From: Candidatus Bathyarchaeota archaeon
Lineage (GTDB): Archaea; Thermoproteota; Bathyarchaeia; Bathyarchaeales; Bathycorpusculaceae
Assembly (NCBI GenBank): GCA_963777155.1
Contig: CAVZPM010000022.1
Span: 1-35,487 of the forward strand
Direction: 5' to 3'
DNA: 35,487 nt
The translations under genes were made by a program, and so were the position numbers. Positions 9,834 through 19,182 of this stretch are shown piece after piece. The notes below the pieces were generated by a model. The model was not told the origin of the DNA, made no database searches, and was given only the letters and a program-made list of their open reading frames with translations. Each line of letters begins with the position of its first letter. Position 1 is the first letter of the stretch.

Positions 9834-9849
9834 ACCACAGAGGCACTAA
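9199..9849 (+). CDS. Multi-pass membrane protein, possibly ECF transporter S-component-like (copy 2)
   Basis: Near-identical paralog of 8210..8869, differing at the N-terminus, at MLLS/LLGA and in the C-terminal tail. Confidence 0.75.
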   Translation: MAENKLNLSIIFGGIIIPLILALLIYVLAVYVNVGGQHHVLGATNTIAVILVNGFAEMIILGIPLVLGLLWNKWAGGAAGFVMGGLYYVAQAGQYNGIYASAGVTTYNFFGDVSMLYWIVYGVIIGYMAGALNNGSTNFKRLLGAGLTASVIVSVLKAYLNYTISLDPARQMAQDSWKVDPVLAVVTNFVPLIALGVIVPILGKVMTWYGIQPQRH

Positions 9850-9949
9850 AAAACTCCCACTCTCTTTTCTTTTTTTAAATTCTTTAAAGAACAATTTCGC
9901 TATTCTTATTGCCAAAATCTTTTAAAAAAATATGCGGAAAACAAAATAA

Positions 9950-11233
9950 TTATTTTGTTTGGTTAGGCGCAAACTCCCAAGCGATATTGCCCTTCCAGAG
10001 TTCGCCTTTCTTGGTTAAACGAATTTCTTTGTCGTCAATCTCGATTAATTCCTGCTCCTTGAGTTTCTGCAGTTGTTTTGGAAACACCTTTTCTGGGGTG
10101 GTGTTAAATTTCTCCATGAATTCTTTTTTGCTAACTGGCAATCGAAGGTAGAGGCGTGTCATGGTTCTGCGCATCATGTCTTCAGTCGTTGATTCAGAGA
10201 GTCTGCATATAGGTAGTTTGTCAGACTTCACCGTTTCCATGTAATCGTTTATGTTTTCAATGTTAGAATAGGAGAATTTCTGCAGGTATCCCATGAAGCA
10301 ACCCGCGCCCGTAGTTAAGATGCCTCCCCATGGCCAGCCGTTAAGGCAGTTCTCCCTCATATGCCACTCCACTCGGCTGTAACGGTCGTGTCCAACGGCT
10401 TTGTAGCCTGCTTCGGTGAGCATCTTGTGAGCAGTTATGAACATTTGCTTCTCATTCTCCGCGTTGCCTTGTGGAGGCGAGGTGCCATTTTTAATCATTT
10501 TCTCTAAAATTGTTCCAGGATCTACATGTAATGAGTAAGCGTCAACTTCTGCATCCAACTCTATCGTCTTCTTGAGTGTGTCCACCCAACTTTCCATTGT
10601 CTGCCCTGGCAAGTTATACATGAGGTCAACACAGACCACTAACCCAAGTTTTCTAGCATGCCTTATGGCTTTCTCGACATCGGCAGCGCTATCGGGTAAG
10701 CATAACGCTTTGCGTAGTTTATCGTCGAAGGTTTGTGCACCCATATCCATCTGGTAGACGCCGTATTCTGCTAGTTTATCGATTTTTGGAAGCGCAAGGG
10801 TCTTTGAGGAACCGGTGACTTTGATGAAGTATTCTTTGCTTGTGTTAAAGTTGGCTTTGCAGAAGTCGATTAAATCAATTATTTGTTCAGCGCTAAGAAC
10901 GCTGGGTGTTCCTCCGCCTAAAACTATTTCGTCAAAAACGCTAGTTTTTACATATTTGGTTTTTGCGTACATCGCCAGCTCTTTTTTCAGCAAGGCGAGA
11001 TATGGTTCAATCTGCACCTTACTCGAAGCGGTGGTCGGGAAGTAGCAGAACGCGCACCTGCTGTCGCAAACCGAAACCCAAGGTTGTAGTTCCATTAAGC
11101 GGCCCGAAGTGTTCTCAGTGTCTAGGAATTTTATGAAAGCTTCGTATGTTTCAGGTTTTATGCCTGGGTAGTCCCTGTAGGTGTATGGAGGCCAGTTTTC
11201 TCTTGTGCCGTATGCTTCAGAGGTTTTAGTCAT
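9950..11233 (-). CDS. HemN-like (class C-type) radical SAM protein
   Basis: YRDYP N-terminal motif, CDSRCAFC, GGGTPS, MGAQTF, DLMYNLPGQT, G.GA and HemN_C-like IRLTKKG. Confidence 0.88.
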   Translation of the reverse strand: MTKTSEAYGTRENWPPYTYRDYPGIKPETYEAFIKFLDTENTSGRLMELQPWVSVCDSRCAFCYFPTTASSKVQIEPYLALLKKELAMYAKTKYVKTSVFDEIVLGGGTPSVLSAEQIIDLIDFCKANFNTSKEYFIKVTGSSKTLALPKIDKLAEYGVYQMDMGAQTFDDKLRKALCLPDSAADVEKAIRHARKLGLVVCVDLMYNLPGQTMESWVDTLKKTIELDAEVDAYSLHVDPGTILEKMIKNGTSPPQGNAENEKQMFITAHKMLTEAGYKAVGHDRYSRVEWHMRENCLNGWPWGGILTTGAGCFMGYLQKFSYSNIENINDYMETVKSDKLPICRLSESTTEDMMRRTMTRLYLRLPVSKKEFMEKFNTTPEKVFPKQLQKLKEQELIEIDDKEIRLTKKGELWKGNIAWEFAPNQTK

Positions 11234-11336
11234 CTAAATTCCCCAATGGGTGTTTTAAAACCGCTCGAATATGTAATAAAGTTTCCGTAGAAAAGCCTCA
11301 GTCCAGAAAAAACGAGGAGGGCGGCTGCTTTGCAAT

Positions 11337-12737
11337 TTACATTCGGCTAAAGTGAGCCATTGCTCGCCAAAGCATGTAGTTTGCTCCTGTTCGGGTCATT
11401 ATCTTGCTGTATAGGTTACCCTTCAAGTAGCCTTTCACGGCTTGCCGCATAACGTATTTTGGACTGTAGAATTTGTTGTAGAAGTTTTTTCTGATTTCCG
11501 CAATATCCTTAGCTGGGAATGCGGGGTCTTCAAAAATGGGGTTCATAGTGTTATACAGTTCCCACTTATCAGACATCTTCCACCCATAACTCTTCACTAA
11601 CTCGCGAAGTTCAGTTCCGGGAAAAGGAGTTGCGTGGCAAAGCCAAACATCGTCAGGTTCCACTCTACGTACAAAATCGAGGCTTTCCTGCAAAGTCTCT
11701 CTTGTCTCGCCGGGATACCCCAAAATGACTGATACAGTAACGAAGATTCCTGCTTCTTTAGTCCATTTAATCGCGTTTTCACACTGCTCGTTCGTAACCT
11801 TCTTCTTCAGCAAATCGCGCATCATCTGACAACCCGACTCAACGCCGAACATCACCTCGTCGCAATGAGCTTTACTCATCTTTGCCACAAGGTCCTTTGT
11901 AACTGCATCAGCACGGGTTCCACAGCCCCAAGGCAACTTCATTTTCCTTTCGATCATGCCGTCGCAGATTTCAAGCGCACGTGCCTTGTTAAAAGTTAAT
12001 GTGTCGTCCTGGAAAGCTACACCCTCAGCGCCATACTCATCCCTTAACCATTCCATTTCGTCAAGGACCTTCTGGGGACTTCTTGCTCTAAACGGTGCGC
12101 CGAACATTTGTGAGGCAACACAGAACGGGCACTGGTAGGGGCATCCTCTGCTGCTAATTATTGAAAGCAGGTTTCGTCCTGTAATATTGTATTTTTCCAT
12201 TGGAAGCAACTTGTAGGCTGGAAGTGGCAGTGAATCAAGGTCTTGAATGTAGGGTCTGTTTGCTGTATGGGTTATTTGGTTGTCTTTTCGGAAGGCAATG
12301 CCTTTTACCTCGCCAAGGGGCAGTTGTTTGGCAAGTTCTACGATTGTTTCTTCTCCTTCACCCCTCACAATTATGTCAACGGCTTTTTCGGATGCGAGGA
12401 TTTCTTCTCCAGAAAAAGTTGCGTGAGGACCACCCATCAACACCTTAGCGTCTGGGCAGGCTTCTTTTGTTACGCGGGCAGATTTAAGTGCTGACTCGAT
12501 CGTAGGTGTCATCGAGCCGATTCCAACTATCGTTGGTTGGTAGGTGCCCAATTCAGCTTTTAATTTTTCGTGGTCAAGCTCGCACACTGGACAATCGAAA
12601 ATCTTGACTTCAAAACCGTTCTCCTCCAAAACAGCTGCCATATATGCTAAACCCAGGGGTGGAAAAAGCGGATGGTTACCCCGTTTTTGCAGAAGTGGAG
12701 TAGTAACTAATGCTACTTTGGTTTTATTTGCACTCAT
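11337..12737 (-). CDS. Cobalamin-binding (class B) radical SAM protein
   Basis: PPLGLAYMAA, GGPHAT, RGEGE, SRGCPYQCPFC, F.DDT, GVESG, GYPGET, TPFPGT. Confidence 0.95.
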   Translation of the reverse strand: MSANKTKVALVTTPLLQKRGNHPLFPPLGLAYMAAVLEENGFEVKIFDCPVCELDHEKLKAELGTYQPTIVGIGSMTPTIESALKSARVTKEACPDAKVLMGGPHATFSGEEILASEKAVDIIVRGEGEETIVELAKQLPLGEVKGIAFRKDNQITHTANRPYIQDLDSLPLPAYKLLPMEKYNITGRNLLSIISSRGCPYQCPFCVASQMFGAPFRARSPQKVLDEMEWLRDEYGAEGVAFQDDTLTFNKARALEICDGMIERKMKLPWGCGTRADAVTKDLVAKMSKAHCDEVMFGVESGCQMMRDLLKKKVTNEQCENAIKWTKEAGIFVTVSVILGYPGETRETLQESLDFVRRVEPDDVWLCHATPFPGTELRELVKSYGWKMSDKWELYNTMNPIFEDPAFPAKDIAEIRKNFYNKFYSPKYVMRQAVKGYLKGNLYSKIMTRTGANYMLWRAMAHFSRM

Positions 12738-12758
12738 CGCTATACCTGTTAACTAAAG

Positions 12759-13838
12759 TTATTTTTTGCGAAGGCTCTCAGGAACGTATATGCATGCAGG
12801 GTCAGATTCGGCAATGTCGCCCGTGTATGCAAATGCTCGATTTCTGCATCCGCCGCAGATCTCTCGGTACTCGCATACTCCACATTTGCCCTTGAGTACG
12901 TTTCTGTCTTGGAATTTATTGTAGTATTTGGATGCTTTGATTTCTTCCCAAGCGGTTGTTAAACTTTTGCTGCGTATGTTACCCAGCATCATGGGTTCGG
13001 AAGGCTGCAGGTCCGTGTAGAAACAAGGGATTAAGTCACCGTTTTCGGTTACGCTTAGATAACCGCCGAAAGCGAAGTATGTACATTTGCCATGGAACTC
13101 TTTTTCGTACCATTGGTTAAATTCTTTTTCTGACAGTCTCTGTTTTACGACTCGGGCAAAGTGAGGGCAGTGTACATGGACTTCAAATTTGCCCCTGTAC
13201 TTCTCAGTTATGTCCCAGATGTGGTTTAACGTCCACTCATACTCTTCTGGAGTTGGGGTCAAATCCATGGTTGCTTTTGCTCGTCCGCTCGGAACAAGAT
13301 GGTTGTACCAGACAAAGTTGGCATGGTACTTGTCAGCTAACTCGGCAACGTGGTCTAAGTGTTTGTAGTTTATGGTTGTTATTGCACAGGCTAAGCCGTT
13401 GAGGATTTTGCCCTCGGACAATTTTTCGATGGCTGCAAGGGCTTTTTTGTAGGAGCCCTTTCCTCTTAGTTGATCGTTTATTTCTTCAGGTCCATCAATG
13501 CTTACTGATGTCCAAACCTGGTTTTTCACCAAATTATCGTAAATTGTTCCGTCCACAAAGACTCCGTTAGTTAAAAGGCAAACGTTTAAGCCTTTATTTT
13601 TGGCATATGTGACGATCTCAAAGATGTCCGGGCGTGTTAAGGGTTCTCCACCTTTTATGCCAAACCATCTAACGCCAAAATCGCTAACTTCATCAACCAG
13701 ATGGAACGCTTCTTTCGTAGTCATTTCTCTTGGAGCATGTTGACCTGTCGCATCAACGTTACAATATAGGCAGCGTGCATTGCAGGCGCCAGTTGCCCGC
13801 CAAGATGTCATAAGTAAAGGACCTTTCTTATCTGTCAA
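12759..13838 (-). CDS. Radical SAM/SPASM protein, paralog of 3522..4628
   Basis: CNARCLYC, GGEPL, SIDG, HNLVP-like NHLVPSGRA, CGVCEYREICGGCR, DPAC. Confidence 0.92.
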   Translation of the reverse strand: MTDKKGPLLMTSWRATGACNARCLYCNVDATGQHAPREMTTKEAFHLVDEVSDFGVRWFGIKGGEPLTRPDIFEIVTYAKNKGLNVCLLTNGVFVDGTIYDNLVKNQVWTSVSIDGPEEINDQLRGKGSYKKALAAIEKLSEGKILNGLACAITTINYKHLDHVAELADKYHANFVWYNHLVPSGRAKATMDLTPTPEEYEWTLNHIWDITEKYRGKFEVHVHCPHFARVVKQRLSEKEFNQWYEKEFHGKCTYFAFGGYLSVTENGDLIPCFYTDLQPSEPMMLGNIRSKSLTTAWEEIKASKYYNKFQDRNVLKGKCGVCEYREICGGCRNRAFAYTGDIAESDPACIYVPESLRKK

Positions 13839-14089
13839 ATAAAATTCATCCTTTTGTTCTCTGGTAATTCATTGTTTAACTTAAGGGCTGTTTTCGTCTT
13901 AAAAAAGATTGTGCGGTTCTATTACTTTTTCAGTTTCCCTGAAATTCTGATGTTTTTCTCAAAAAATGTGTGTTAGCGCTGGTTTTGTGGCTTTCCGCAA
14001 AGTTTATAGTGAAACAAAACCTAGACAGTCATTCGTCGGGGGCAAAGCAACGCAAATCCTAACCAAAATCCGCTCCATTAGTATAACAG

Positions 14090-16636
14090 TTGGGGGTAAA
14101 TGATATTCCCAGAAAATTCCAAGTAATGGTCATCTTGGCTTTGCTGCTTGTTTCCTCAGTTTTAGTTTCCACTTCAGTATTTCAAGAAAATTCTGTTGGT
14201 GCCCAGGTTAACGACAACATAACCTCCAATAGAACTTTAAATCAGTATGAGTGGACCCAGTTTCAAGGCGATTCCTCTTTTACAAGGTTCTCTGCAGGAC
14301 CAGCCCCCGACACATCCTCAATACTCTGGAAAGTTAACATAACAGGAATACAACCCTACATCACCGCTTTTAACGGCATGATTTTCATATGCACCGACAC
14401 ATCCGTAGTCGCACTTGACCAAGCCGGAAACATCGCTTGGAAAACACAGATACCTATGAACAAGACATGGCCAATATCGTACAAAATTGATGATTCACAC
14501 ATGGTTGTTGAGAGTAGTTGCCTCGAAACAAATACGGGAAAAATTCTGTGGACCAGCTCCACTTTCACCACTGACACCGGCATTTTTAACTCCAATGTCT
14601 ACAGTCCAGAAGAAAAAATGTTCTACATCAAAATCGACACCTACATTGAGGGCTGGAGTTTATCTGATGTCTCACAACCGCCAACTTTAGCGTGGAGAAC
14701 CTACATTCCAGGCGGTGGCTTAACGGGCATCGGTACAACCTACGGTGACGGCAAGGTATTCACAGGCTCTTTTTTAAACCAGCAGTTAGCACTCGACGCC
14801 AAGACAGGCGCAATCCTTTGGACTACCCTCACCAAGGGACCGATGATTTTCAATGGCGCCTATTCTGATGGCAGATTCTTCAGAGGCGGAACAGACGATA
14901 ATACACTTTATTGCTTCAATGCTACAGATGGTAAAATCCTTTGGTCCTACAAGCCGGATACAAACGGATACTTTACAACTGGAGTCGCGGTAGCCTACGG
15001 GATGGTTTATGAACCTAATAAAGACGGATTCGTTTATGCTCTTGACGCGGCAACTGGTCGTGTGGTATGGAAGTATAAAGGACCTAATGAGGGAAATATT
15101 TGGCCTGGAATGGCAACTGTTGCCGACGGCAAGGTATATTTAACAACAGGCGAAGCTGTCCAATATAATGGTCCACCAGGAGTCTCCGAGTTTGCCTGTC
15201 TTGACGCCTTCACTGGACAACCCATTTGGAAGCTTACTCTGGAGGCTTTGCCGCCAAGAGAATCCGTTATCGTCGCCTACGGCAACTTATACATAATTCC
15301 AGGTGACGTAACAACTGCTGTTGATACCCTCTCAGGAACCGAATACTCAACCGTCAATCAATTATGGGCTATAGGAACAAAAACAATTCCTGTCAGTTCT
15401 TGGTCCATGTGGCGGGCTGACCCTGCCCACTCATCTACTTCTCAAGACGGTCCCTCAAACCTGACTTTGGCGTGGAAATTTGCAACTAACGGCTCAGTTA
15501 TCTCTTCGCCAAGCGTATCAGACGGCATAGTCTATTTTGGTTCACAAGACAAAAACATCTATGCCATTGGTGCTTGGAGCGGCAGTCTAATCTGGAAATT
15601 TGCAACTCAGGACGTCATTGAATCTTCACCTGCGGTTTCAAACGGCAGAGTTTACACTGGAGGCGATGATGGCTATGTCTACTGCCTCGATGCTTACAAG
15701 GGCAACCTCATCTGGAAGACATTTGTCAACGGTAATTTGCCTTTCACTTTTGGGAACTTGGTGCTTAAATCTTCACCAGCCGCATATGGCGACAAAGTCT
15801 ACATCGGCTCCTTAGATGGCTACATGTATGCCATAGACGCCGACAACGGCAACATTATCTGGAAAGCCAAAGCCAACGGGCCAATAGAATCTTCTCCTGC
15901 GATTGCTGATGGAGCTGTTTACTTCACTGCAGAAGAACCAACCACGGGCGCTCTCTACAGTGTCAACGCCAACACTGGAGCTGTGATTTGGAAACAAGAA
16001 CTCCCCTATCAAATTTCCTTCGTAGGCGGCACTGAGATGCTTGGTTCTCCCTCGGTTGCAGCTGGCATGGTGTTTGCGTCATCGAACTGGGGCGCTTACT
16101 ACGGTATAAACGCTACAACAGGCGCCATTATCTGGTCATTTATAGATTCGACAGCAATCGAATTCATAGTTTCTTCCCCCATATACGTTAACGGCAACCT
16201 CTACATCATCGACAAATTCAACATCGCTTGCCTTAACGCGATGACTGGACAAACTATTTGGAGCACTTACACAGGAGAGGAACTGTACGTTTCGCCATCA
16301 TATTCAGACGACAAAATCTACATGGTAACAAGTCAACGTAGCATATTCATCTTTGACGCCACCGACAACGGCACAAAAATCGCCATCGCTACCACCTCCT
16401 CCAGTAGCTGGTCCTCACCAACAATAGCCAACGGAAGACTATACATCGGATGCAACGACTGGAACGTCTACTGCTTCTCCAACGACATCACAAACCAAGC
16501 TTCAGCCTCAACCCCAACGGATAATGTAGCATTCGAAAACCGCTTAGTGATAGTGGTCACCGCCATAGTTGCCGCTTTAATCATTGCAATGGTGGCGTTT
16601 GCCTATCTATTCAGAAAGCGAAGGAAAAAAAAGTAG
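14090..16636 (+). CDS. Secreted, C-terminally anchored tandem PQQ/BamB-type beta-propeller protein
   Basis: Hydrophobic N-terminal signal, many A.DA.TG...W repeats, SSP motifs, and a C-terminal TM helix followed by RKRRKKK. Start uncertain. Confidence 0.9.
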   Translation: MGVNDIPRKFQVMVILALLLVSSVLVSTSVFQENSVGAQVNDNITSNRTLNQYEWTQFQGDSSFTRFSAGPAPDTSSILWKVNITGIQPYITAFNGMIFICTDTSVVALDQAGNIAWKTQIPMNKTWPISYKIDDSHMVVESSCLETNTGKILWTSSTFTTDTGIFNSNVYSPEEKMFYIKIDTYIEGWSLSDVSQPPTLAWRTYIPGGGLTGIGTTYGDGKVFTGSFLNQQLALDAKTGAILWTTLTKGPMIFNGAYSDGRFFRGGTDDNTLYCFNATDGKILWSYKPDTNGYFTTGVAVAYGMVYEPNKDGFVYALDAATGRVVWKYKGPNEGNIWPGMATVADGKVYLTTGEAVQYNGPPGVSEFACLDAFTGQPIWKLTLEALPPRESVIVAYGNLYIIPGDVTTAVDTLSGTEYSTVNQLWAIGTKTIPVSSWSMWRADPAHSSTSQDGPSNLTLAWKFATNGSVISSPSVSDGIVYFGSQDKNIYAIGAWSGSLIWKFATQDVIESSPAVSNGRVYTGGDDGYVYCLDAYKGNLIWKTFVNGNLPFTFGNLVLKSSPAAYGDKVYIGSLDGYMYAIDADNGNIIWKAKANGPIESSPAIADGAVYFTAEEPTTGALYSVNANTGAVIWKQELPYQISFVGGTEMLGSPSVAAGMVFASSNWGAYYGINATTGAIIWSFIDSTAIEFIVSSPIYVNGNLYIIDKFNIACLNAMTGQTIWSTYTGEELYVSPSYSDDKIYMVTSQRSIFIFDATDNGTKIAIATTSSSSWSSPTIANGRLYIGCNDWNVYCFSNDITNQASASTPTDNVAFENRLVIVVTAIVAALIIAMVAFAYLFRKRRKKK

Positions 16637-16645
16637 CCAAAAGAA

Positions 16646-18071
16646 TTAAGCTATTCCAACCCTTTTCTGAGCCTTAGGGTTTAATCTTCTCATAGCAAAG
16701 TTTAATGCGCCTTCACGTCGAACTCGTTTAAGAATCTGTTTGGGTGACCGATGGAAGTCCCGGAAAAATCTTCCCTGAACAGCCAAAAGCGAGTTGATAA
16801 TCATACTCATCCGTTTTTACAGCAAGTAAAAAGTCGTCAAGCTGAGTGAACTTTTTAGAATCTAATACTTCTTGATATAGTCTGCTGTCTGGGTTGGCGA
16901 TGAAGACGTTGAATATGCACCAGTCAGGGTTCAATTTCTTAGCGAATTTCAGTGAAGCTTCCATATCCTTTAGTGTTTCGTCGGGGACCCCTAGCATGAA
17001 TGAGCAGGCAGTTTGTATGCCGTTTTTGCGGCAGAGTTTAAACGCGTTTTCTATTTGCTGTAGCGTTGTGTCTCTGCCTATGCGCTTTAAGACTTTCTCT
17101 GAGCCAGATTCAACCCCGAACCAAATGGTTTTGCATCCAGCCCGACTCATTGCAGATAGAAGTTCTTGGTTGACCAAATCTACACGTGTGTCACAGACCC
17201 ACTCCAAATCCAGTTTCTCTTTCACCATCAGGTCGCACAGTTCAAGGGTTTCTTTTTTCCTAAGAGTAAAATTGTCATTGATGAAGTAGAGTCCTTTTGT
17301 GCCGTATTTTCTCTGTAGGTCCTTTATTTCGCCGATGACTCTCGGTGGGCTAAAGCCTCGGCAGATGTTTCCCCAGAGTTTTCTTGTTTCGCAGAAACCG
17401 CAGTGATAGACGCATCCTCGGCTGATGCTCATGACGTCGGCGGGTTTAGCGTTTAGGTACTCTATTGTGCGGTCGTAGAGTTCAAGCGGCAACAAATGCC
17501 TGGCGGGATATGGGATCTCATCCATATTCTCAATGAATTTGGGCGGATTTTTGATGTTTGCTCCTGCACGCCTACACGCTACGCCAGGTATTGTGATAGC
17601 TTCTGGTTCATTGCCCTTAACAATACATGTGGCAAGGTCGGTTACTGCTCTTTCGCCTTCACCCATGACAACATAGTCAATCTCTGGGTTCTCAAGCAAA
17701 CTATCAGGCACATAAGAAGCATGCCAACCGCCCACAACTATTTTGCATGTCGGGAGAGCTTCTTTAATTGAACGAGCTGTTTCTATGCAGCGTTGGTAAG
17801 TAGCTGAACCACAGGTAATGCCGACAATTGTCGGATTAACTTTTGCAACTAACTCTTTAACTTCCTCAAGCGGCTGCTTCATGAGATAATTATCGAGCAT
17901 CTGAACCATAAAACCTGCTTTTTCAAGGGCAGCGGCAACATACATCAAACCGATTGGAGGCAACCGTTTTCCGAGGTACCAGGCACCGTTTTCAGGGGGC
18001 GCAGTAGTCATAAGCAGAACTGTTTTGTTTTTAACCAAGTTGGAATCATTGTTTTTTGATTCGGCGTGCAC
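16646..18071 (-). CDS. Cobalamin-binding radical SAM protein with an apparent +1 frameshift at about 16796 (called ORF stops at 16728)
   Basis: PPIGLMYVAA, GGWHAS, GEGE, SRGCVYHCGFC, GVESG. The shifted frame continues NSLLAVQGRFFRDF...KRVRREG to TAA 16646 and matches the tail of the paralog at 20624. Confidence 0.9.
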
Positions 18072-18240
18072 GGTTTTGCCTCTGTGAATGATTTATTGTT
18101 TCTTCTGATGGTTCGCAGGTTTATAGCTTTAGCGGAATTGCAGTTTGGATGAAGATTTGCAAGTGTTTTTGCTGTTTTGGCATAAATGAAAAGGTTTATA
18201 GTCACTTTAGGCGCATTTTCCAGACGAAGAGGGAATCGAG

Positions 18241-18948
18241 ATGAAAGTTGTCGTTCACTGGAGCGGGGGAAAAGAATGCAGTTTGGCGTACCACAAAGTT
18301 ATCAAACAGGGACATCAAGTTGCTTGCCTTCTTAGCTTCGAATATCAGAGACCGTACATTTTCCACAGCTTTCCTGTAATGGAGCTTCAATCTAAGACTC
18401 TTGGTACTCCCCTTAAGGTTGTTAGAATAAAGAAAGCCTACGACGACATTCTTGGCGCCCTAACAAAACTCAAAGGAGAACAAGGTATAGAAGGCATAGT
18501 CACGGGCGACATAGCTGGAGCAGGATGCGCCTTGGTTCATTCAAGCTATTATGAGAGCATGGCTAAACAGCTGGGACTTGCTTTCTTGATGCCAAACGAA
18601 GGCGACACATACGATGTCCTAAAAGAAGTTGTAGGCACTGGTCTGAGGCCTGTCCTGAACTGTGTCAATACCAACTTTTTTGGTGAAGAATGGCTAGGAA
18701 GAAAACTCGACCCCGAATCAGTCAAAGAATTGAAGGTGTTAGCCGACGAGAAAGGTATAGATGTTGCAAGTGAAGACGGACAAGGTTACCATAGTACAGT
18801 AGTTGAGGCACCGCTCTTCAAAGAATCCATTGTAATAGGCAAATACAAAACCAAAAAGAAGAAAGAAAAAGCGAAGAATTGGAAACGCAACTGGCTCTAC
18901 ATGGACATCAAAGAGTGCTCTCTACAGCCTAAACAAGAACCCCAATGA
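18241..18948 (+). CDS. DUF71/Dph6-like PP-loop ATP-dependent amide ligase (divergent)
   Basis: WSGGKEC PP-loop variant, IFH, TGDI, WLGR, E..YHS.V.EAPLFK. Confidence 0.85.
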   Translation: MKVVVHWSGGKECSLAYHKVIKQGHQVACLLSFEYQRPYIFHSFPVMELQSKTLGTPLKVVRIKKAYDDILGALTKLKGEQGIEGIVTGDIAGAGCALVHSSYYESMAKQLGLAFLMPNEGDTYDVLKEVVGTGLRPVLNCVNTNFFGEEWLGRKLDPESVKELKVLADEKGIDVASEDGQGYHSTVVEAPLFKESIVIGKYKTKKKKEKAKNWKRNWLYMDIKECSLQPKQEPQ

Positions 18949-19182
18949 TTCTAATTGATTGATTGTCTTAATTTGAAAGTAGTCGTCAGCAAATTCCGCC
19001 GATGACTACTTCAAATACTTTGCACACGACTGTCCTGTCGGTCTCTCTTCATACTGGAAAGAGTTCTTGTGTTTTATCTTTCTTTTCAATTTGCGGGAAA
19101 GTTGTCTCTTTGAAAAAAACGACACTTTTGCAAAAAGTAAATGAACCCCAAGCCATAACCTCTACGTGTTTCAGTGAAGACC

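Noticed and set aside
14090-16636. PQQ-dependent dehydrogenase with a pqq operon
   Set aside because: There is no vicinal Cys-Cys and no pqqA/B/C/D. The repeats indicate fold only.
7997-16800. Programmed frameshifting or Sec/Pyl recoding at the disrupted 3' ends
   Set aside because: There are no slippery sequences at the shift sites and no in-frame stop interrupting a conserved domain. Single-base errors or recent mutations are simpler explanations.
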